A stretch of DNA of 64,000 nt from the NCBI RefSeq assembly GCF_009914755.1, contig NC_060948.1. One strand, 5' to 3'. The position numbers and the translations under genes were made by a program. Within the stretch, counting starts at the first letter, position 1. Every line of letters begins with the position of its first letter. The notes below the pieces were generated by a model. It saw only the letters and a program-made list of their open reading frames with translations, had not been told where the DNA came from and searched no databases. Shown piece after piece: positions 56,882 through 64,000 of this stretch. The stretch comes from the human T2T-CHM13v2.0 reference genome, Homo sapiens.

Positions 56882-59800
56882 TAGAGTGAAATGGAATCGA
56901 ACCACAAGGAATGGACAGGAATAGAATGGTCTCGAATTGAATGGAATCGTATGGAATGGCATCAAACGGAATGGAATGGACAGCCACGGAATGGAATGCA
57001 CTCGAATGCAATGGAGTCGAAACTAATGGACTGGAATAGAATGGACTCGACTGGTACGGACTCCAATGGAATGGAATCGAATGGAAGGGAATCGAACGGA
57101 ATGGACTCGAAGGGAAAAGACTGCAATGGAAAGGTCTCGAATGGAATGGAAATTAATGGAATGGAATGGAATCGAATGAAATGGAGTCAAAAGGAATGGA
57201 ATCGAATGGCAAGAAATTGAATGTAATGGAATCGCAAGGAATTGATGTGAACGGAACGGAATGGAATGGAATCCAAAGGAATGGAATAGAATGGAATGGA
57301 ATCGAATGGAAAGGACTCGAATGGAAATCACTCGAATAGAATGCAATTTAATAAAATAGGATCAAATGTAATGGAATGGAATGGAAAGGAATCGAAACGA
57401 AAGGAATGGAGACAGTTGGAATGGAATAGAACAGCGAGCAATGGTATAGAATGGAATGGAATCATCTGGAATGGAATTGAATGGAATGGAATAATATGAA
57501 ATGGAATGGAATGGAATGGAATGGAATGCCCTTGAATTAGATGGACTGGAATGGAATGGACTCGAACAGAGTGGAATGGAAAGTGTTGAGATAGAATGGA
57601 ATGGACTCCTTTGGAATGGTGTAGTATGCAATGCAATCGACTGGCAGGGAATCAAATGGAATGTAATCGAATGGATTGGACTGGAATGCAATGGACTCGA
57701 ATAGATTGCAAACGGAATGCAAAGGAATGGAATGGAATAGTATGGAATGGAATGGAAAGGAATGGAGTGGAATAGACTAGAGTGGAATGGAATGGACTGG
57801 AAAGCAATGGACTGGAATGGAACTTTCTTGAATGGACTGGAATCAAACGGAATGGAATGCAATGCAATCAAATGGCATGGAATAAAATAGAATGAAAGAG
57901 AATCAAATGGAATTGAATCGAATGGAATCGAATGGATTGGAAAGGAATAGAATGGAATGGAATGGAATTGACTCAAATGGAATGGATTCGAATGGAAGGC
58001 AAAGGAATGGAATCTATTGGAATGGACTGTAATGGAATGGAATGGAAGGGATTGGAATGGACTCGAATGGAATGGACTGCAATAGAAAGGATTCGAATGG
58101 AATGAAAAAGAATTGAATGGAATAGAACAGAATGGAATCAAATCGAATGAAATGGAATGGAATAGAAAGGAATGGAATGAAATGGAATGGAAAGGATTCG
58201 AATGGAATGCAATCGAATGGAATGGAATCGAACGGAATGGAATAAAATGGAAGAAAACTGGCAAGAAATGGAATCGAAATGAATGGAGTGTTATGGAACG
58301 GACTCAAAAGGAATTGAATGTAATAGAATGGAGTGGAGTGGACTCGAATATAATGGACTGGAATGGAATGAAATCACATGGAATGGGAACGAATGGAATG
58401 GAATGGAAAGGAATGGAATCGAATGGAAAGGAATCGAATGGAAGGGAATGAAATTGAATCAACAGGAATGGAAGGGAATAGAATAGACGGTAATGGAATG
58501 GACTCGAATAGAATGGACACGAATGCTCAAATTGAATGGACTCGAATGGAATGGAAACGAAAGGAATGTCATCGAATGGAATTGAATCGATTGGAATGAA
58601 ATCGCATAGAATGGAGTGGAATCAAATGGAATTGAATCGAAAGGAAAGGAAGCGAATGGACTGAAATGAAATGGAATGGAATTGAATGGAAAGTAATGCA
58701 ATGGAATAGAATGGAACGAAATTTCACGGAATGGAATCAAACTGAATGGAATCAAATCAATGGAATCAAATCAAATGGAATGGAAAGGAATTGAATGGAG
58801 TAGATTGGATTGGATGGGATTGGAATGAAATGTACTGGAAAGGACTCGAATTTCATGAAACGGAATGGAATGAATTGGAACGGAATGGACTCGAATGGAA
58901 TGGAATGTCATGGAATGGCATCAAATGGAATGGCATCAAATGGAATGGAATCGAATGCAATGGAATGCTATGGAATGGAATGGAATGCATTGGAATGGAA
59001 TGTCCTCTAATGGAATGGATTCGAGTGGAATGGAATCGAATATAATGGAGTCGAATGAAATGGAATTGAAAGGAATGGGATCGAATACAATGGAATATAC
59101 TGGAATGTAATGTAATGAACTCGAATGTAATTGACTGGAATGGAATGTACGTGAATGGAATATAATCGAATGGAAAGTAATCCAATGGAATAGAATCTAA
59201 TGCAATAAAATCGACTCAGATAGAGTAGAATGTAATGGAAAGGAGTGCAGTGCAATGGAATGGAATGGAATGGAATGCAATTGAATGGAATGGAATGGAA
59301 TGGAATGGAATGGAATGGGATGGAATGGTATGGAATGGATAGTAATGGACTGGAGTGAAATGGACTGGAAAGGAATATACTCAAATTGAAAGGGCTCGAA
59401 AGGAATGGAGTCAAATGGAATGGACTGGAATGGAATGAACACGAATGTAATGCAATCCAATAGAATGGAATCGAATGGCATGGAATATAAAGAAATGGAA
59501 TCGGAGAGAATGGAAACAAATGGAATGGAAATGAATGGAATGGAATTGAATGGAATGGGAACGAATGGAGTGAAATTGTATGCAGTAGAAGGGAATAGAA
59601 TGGAATGCAAGCGAAAGGAAAGGAATGGATTGGAATGGAATGGAATTCATTGGAATGGAAGGGAATGTAGTGTAATGGACAGGCCTGGAATAAAGTGGAA
59701 TGCTACGGTCTCGAATGGAATAAAAATGTATGGAATGGAATGCAATGAAATGGAATCGAATGTCATAGAATGTAATGGAATGCAACAAAATGGAATCCAA

Positions 59801-61440
59801 TATCATTGACTGGAAAGGCTGGGTGTCGAAAGGAATTGACTCCAATGGAATGGAATCGAATGGAATGGAAGTGAATAGAATCGAACTAAATCGAATGGAA
59901 TGGAATTGATAGGAACGGAATGGAAAGGAATGCAATGATTTGGCATGGAATGGAATCGAATGGCATCGAATGGAATGGAATGGAATGCATTGGAATGGAA
60001 TGTCCTCTAATGGAATGGATTCGAGTGGAATGGAATCGAATATAATGGAGTCGAATGAAATGGAATTGAAAGGAATGGGATCGAATAGAATGGAATATAC
60101 TGGAATGTAATGTAATGAACTCGAATGTAATTGACTGGAATGGAATGTACATGAATGGAAGGTAATCGAATGGAAAGTAATCCAATGGAATAGAATCTAA
60201 TGCAATAAAACCGACTCAGATAGAGTAGAATGTAATGGAATGGAGTGCAGTGCAATGGAATGGAATGGAATTGAATGCAATGGAATGGAATGGAATGGAA
60301 TGGAATGGAATGGAATGGAATGGAATGGGATGGAATGGTATGGAATGGATAGTAATGGACTGGAGTGAAATGGACTGGAAAGGAATGGACTCAAATTGAA
60401 AGGGCTCGAAAGGAATGGTGTCAAATGGAATGGTCTGGAATGGAATGAACACGAATGTAATGCAGTCCAATAGAATGGAATCGAATGGCATGGAATATAA
60501 AGAAATGGATTCGAAGAGAATGGAAACAAATGGAATGGAATTGAATGGAATGGAATTGAATGGAATGGGAACGAATGGAGTGAAATTTTATGCAGTAGAA
60601 GGGAATAGAATGGAATGCAAGCGAAAGGAAAGGAATGGATTGGAATGGAATGGAATTCATTGGAATGGAAGGGAATGTAGTGTAACGGACAGGCCTGGAA
60701 TAAAGTGGAATGCTACGGTCTCGAATGGAATAAAAATGTATGGAATGGAATGCAATGAAACGGAATCGAATGTCATAGAATGTAATGGAATGCAAAAAAA
60801 TGGAATCCAAAATCATTGACTGGAAAGGCTGGGTGTCGAAAGGAATTGACTCCAATGGAATGGAATCGAATGGAATGGAAGTGAATAGAATCGAACTAAA
60901 TCGAATGGAATGGAATTGATAGGAACGGAATGGAAAGGAATGCAATGATTTGGCATGGAATGGAATCGAATGGCATCGAATGGAATGGAATGGAATGGAA
61001 TGCAATGGAATGGAATGTATTAGAATGTAATGAACTTTAATGGAATGTACTCGAATGGATTCGACTGGAATGGAACGTTCTGGAAGTGAATGGACTCCAA
61101 TGGAATGGATTCAAAAGGAATGGAATTGTACGGAATGGAATCTAATGGAATGGAATTAAATGGAAATGAATCAAATTGAATAGCACGGAATTGAATTGAA
61201 TGGAATGGAATGCAATGGAATCTAATGAAACGGAAAGGAAAGGAATGGAATGGAATGGAATGGGCTGGAATGGAAAGGAATCGAAACGAATGGAATGGAA
61301 TCGAACTGAAGAGACTGGAATGGAATGCACTGGAATGGAAGGGAGTGTAATGGAAGGTTCTCGAAAAAAATGGAATGGAATGGAATGGAATTGAATGGAA
61401 CGGAATAGAGTCGAATGGAATTGAATGGAATGGAATGGAC
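56882..61440 (+). repeat. DYZ1 unit 17, aberrant 4559 bp unit containing a duplication junction
   Basis: Anchor-to-anchor distance is 4559 bp, with two HaeIII sites (59682 and 60692) 1010 bp apart; junction at ~59990. Confidence 0.92.
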
Positions 61441-64000
61441 TAGAGTGAAATGGAATCGAACCACAAGGAATGGACAGGAATAGAATGGTCTCGAATTGAA
61501 TGGAATCGTATGGAATGGCATCAAACGGAATGGAATGGACAGCCACGGAATGGAATGCACTCGAATGCAATGGAGTCGAAACTAATGGACTGGAATAGAA
61601 TGGACTCGACTGGTACGGACTCCAATGGAATGGAATCGAATGGAAGGGAATCGAACGGAATGGACTCGAAGGGAAAAGACTGCAATGGAAAGGTCTCGAA
61701 TGGAATGGAAATTAATGGAATGGAATGGAATCGAATGAAATGGAGTCAAAAGGAATGGAATCGAATGGCAAGAAATTGAATGTAATGGAATCGCAAGGAA
61801 TTGATGTGAACGGAACGGAATGGAATGGAATCCAAAGGAATGGAATAGAATGGAATGGAATCGAATGGAAAGGACTCGAATGGAAATCACTCGAATAGAA
61901 TGCAATTTAATAAAATAGGATCAAATGTAATGGAATGGAATGGAAAGGAATCGAAACGAAAGGAATGGAGACAGTTGGAATGGAATAGAACAGCGAGCAA
62001 TGGTATAGAATGGAATGGAATCATCTGGAATGGAATTGAATGGAATGGAATAATATGAAATGGAATGGAATGGAATGGAATGGAATGCCCTTGAATTAAA
62101 TGGACTGGAATGGAATGGACTCGAACAGAGTGGAATGGAAAGTGTTGAGATAGAATGGAATGGACTCCTTTGGAATGGTGTAGTATGCAATGCAATCGAC
62201 TGGCAGGGAATCAAATGGAATGTAATCGAATGGATTGGACTGGAATGCAATGGACTCGAATAGATTGGAAACGGAATGCAAAGGAATGGAATGGAATAGT
62301 ATGGAATGGAATGGAAAGGAATGGAGTGGAATAGACTAGAGTGGAATGGAATGGACTGGAAAGCAATGGACTGGAATGGAACTTTCTTGAATGGACTGGA
62401 ATCAAACGGAATGGAATGCAATGCAATCAAATGGCATGGAATAAAATAGAATGAAAGAGAATCAAATGGAATTGAATCGAATGGAATCGAATGGATTGGA
62501 AAGGAATAGAATGGAATGGAATGGAATTGACTCAAATGGAATGGATTCGAATGGAAGGCAAAGGAATGGAATCTATTGGAATGGACTGTAATGGAATGGA
62601 ATGGAAGGGATTGGAATGGACTCGAATGGAATGGACTGCAATAGAAAGGATTCGAATGGAATGAAAAAGAATTGAATGGAATAGAACAGAATGGAATCAA
62701 ATCGAATGAAATGGAATGGAATAGAAAGGAATGGAATGAAATGGAATGGAAAGGATTCGAATGGAATGCAATCGAATGGAATGGAATCGAACGGAATGGA
62801 ATAAAATGGAAGAAAACTGGCAAGAAATGGAATCGAAATGAATGGAGTGTTATGGAACGGACTCAAAAGGAATTGAATGTAATAGAATGGAGTGGAGTGG
62901 ACTCGAATATAATGGACTGGAATGGAATGAAATCACATGGAATGGGAACGAATGGAATGGAATGGAAAGGAATGGAATCGAATGGAAAGGAATCGAATGG
63001 AAGGGAATGAAATTGAATCAACAGGAATGGAAGGGAATAGAATAGACGGTAATGGAATGGACTCGAATAGAATGGACACGAATGCTCAAATTGAATGGAC
63101 TCGAATGGAATGGAAACGAAAGGAATGTCATCGAATGGAATTGAATCGATTGGAATGAAATCGCATAGAATGGAGTGGAATCAAATGGAATTGAATCGAA
63201 AGGAAAGGAAGCGAATGGACTGAAATGAAATGGAATGGAATTGAATGGAAAGTAATGCAATGGAATAGAATGGAACGAAATTTCACGGAATGGAATCAAA
63301 CTGAATGGAATCAAATCAATGGAATCAAATCAAATGGAATGGAAAGGAATTGAATGGAGTAGATTGGATTGGATGGGATTGGAATGAAATGTACTGGAAA
63401 GGACTCGAATTTCATGAAACGGAATGGAATGAATTGGAACGGAATGGACTCGAATGGAATGGAATGTCATGGAATGGCATCAAATGGAATGGCATCAAAT
63501 GGAATGGAATCGAATGCAATGGAATGCTATGGAATGGAATGGAATGCATTGGAATGGAATGTCCTCTAATGGAATGGATTCGAGTGGAATGGAATCGAAT
63601 ATAATGGAGTCGAATGAAATGGAATTGAAAGGAATGGGATCGAATACAATGGAATATACTGGAATGTAATGTAATGAACTCGAATGTAATTGACTGGAAT
63701 GGAATGTACGTGAATGGAATATAATCGAATGGAAAGTAATCCAATGGAATAGAATCTAATGCAATAAAATCGACTCAGATAGAGTAGAATGTAATGGAAA
63801 GGAGTGCAGTGCAATGGAATGGAATGGAATGGAATGCAATTGAATGGAATGGAATGGAATGGAATGGAATGGAATGGGATGGAATGGTATGGAATGGATA
63901 GTAATGGACTGGAGTGAAATGGACTGGAAAGGAATATACTCAAATTGAAAGGGCTCGAAAGGAATGCAGTCAAATGGAATGGACTGGAATGGAATGAACA
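61441..64000 (+). repeat. DYZ1 unit 18 (partial, cut by window end)
   Basis: Anchor at 61441; near-identical to 56882-59441. Confidence 0.9.

Larger units (their letters stand above)
1..64000 (+). repeat. DYZ1: Human satellite III (HSat3) array, DYZ1 ~3.56 kb repeat of Yq12 heterochromatin
   Basis: Degenerate GGAAT pentamers run throughout. Landmark motifs (e.g. GGACAGGCCTGGAATAAAGTGG, AAAGGCTGGGTGTCG) recur every ~3.55 kb. Each unit has one GGCC (HaeIII) and one GAATTC (EcoRI) site, as known for the 3.4-3.56 kb DYZ1 fragment. Positions 2680-2702 and 2811-2833 match, from memory, the classic Y-specific DYZ1 sexing primers (TTGAATGGAATGGGAACGAATGG / TCCACTTTATTCCAGGCCTGTCC). Confidence 0.95.
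55411..64000 (+). repeat. 4559 bp tandem segmental duplication (copy 1 ~55431-59989; copy 2 from 59990 to beyond the window end)
   Basis: More than a dozen rare variants recur at exactly +4559 (GGTGTCAAA, GCAGTCCAA, AATTTTATGC, GTAACGGAC, GGAACGTTC, GACAGTTGG, ACAGCGAGC, GTACGTGAA, AATATACTC, a 15 bp deletion). Confidence 0.93.

Noticed and set aside
1-64000. CRISPR-like or bacterial accessory system
   Set aside because: There are no unique spacers or coding genes; all sequence derives from the pentamer and recurs at the unit period.
1-64000. DYZ2 (HSat1B/Alu) blocks, L1/Alu insertions or strand inversions
   Set aside because: I saw no AT-rich or Alu-like segment, poly-A tail or CATTC-strand stretch; orientation is uniform.
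1-64000. HSat2 or autosomal HSat3 (~1.8 kb period) assignment
   Set aside because: It lacks the CATTCGATTC/GATGAT signature that dominates HSat2. The period is ~3.56 kb with DYZ1 landmarks, and no 1.8 kb sub-period was evident by eye.

Overview
The whole 64 kb window is one uninterrupted, single-orientation array of human satellite III, with degenerate (GGAAT)n on the + strand. It has a ~3.56 kb higher-order unit carrying one HaeIII/StuI site and one EcoRI site, which identifies it as the DYZ1 repeat of Yq12 heterochromatin. There are about 18 units, with measured periods of 3529-3574 bp and one of 4559 bp. I found no credible genes, transposons, DYZ2/Alu segments or inversions; all ORFs in the track are translation artefacts of the pentamer. 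The interest lies in the internal architecture. It includes a 10.65 kb trimeric super-repeat at the left, a switch between unit subtypes near 37.8 kb, and 7143 bp (dimer) and 14,236 bp (tetramer) relationships. It also includes a recent out-of-register 4559 bp tandem duplication with a 20 bp microhomology junction at ~59,990. Each unit carries up to three perfect in-phase heat shock elements (nGAAnnTTCnnGAAn). Variants were compared by eye, so counts are approximate.
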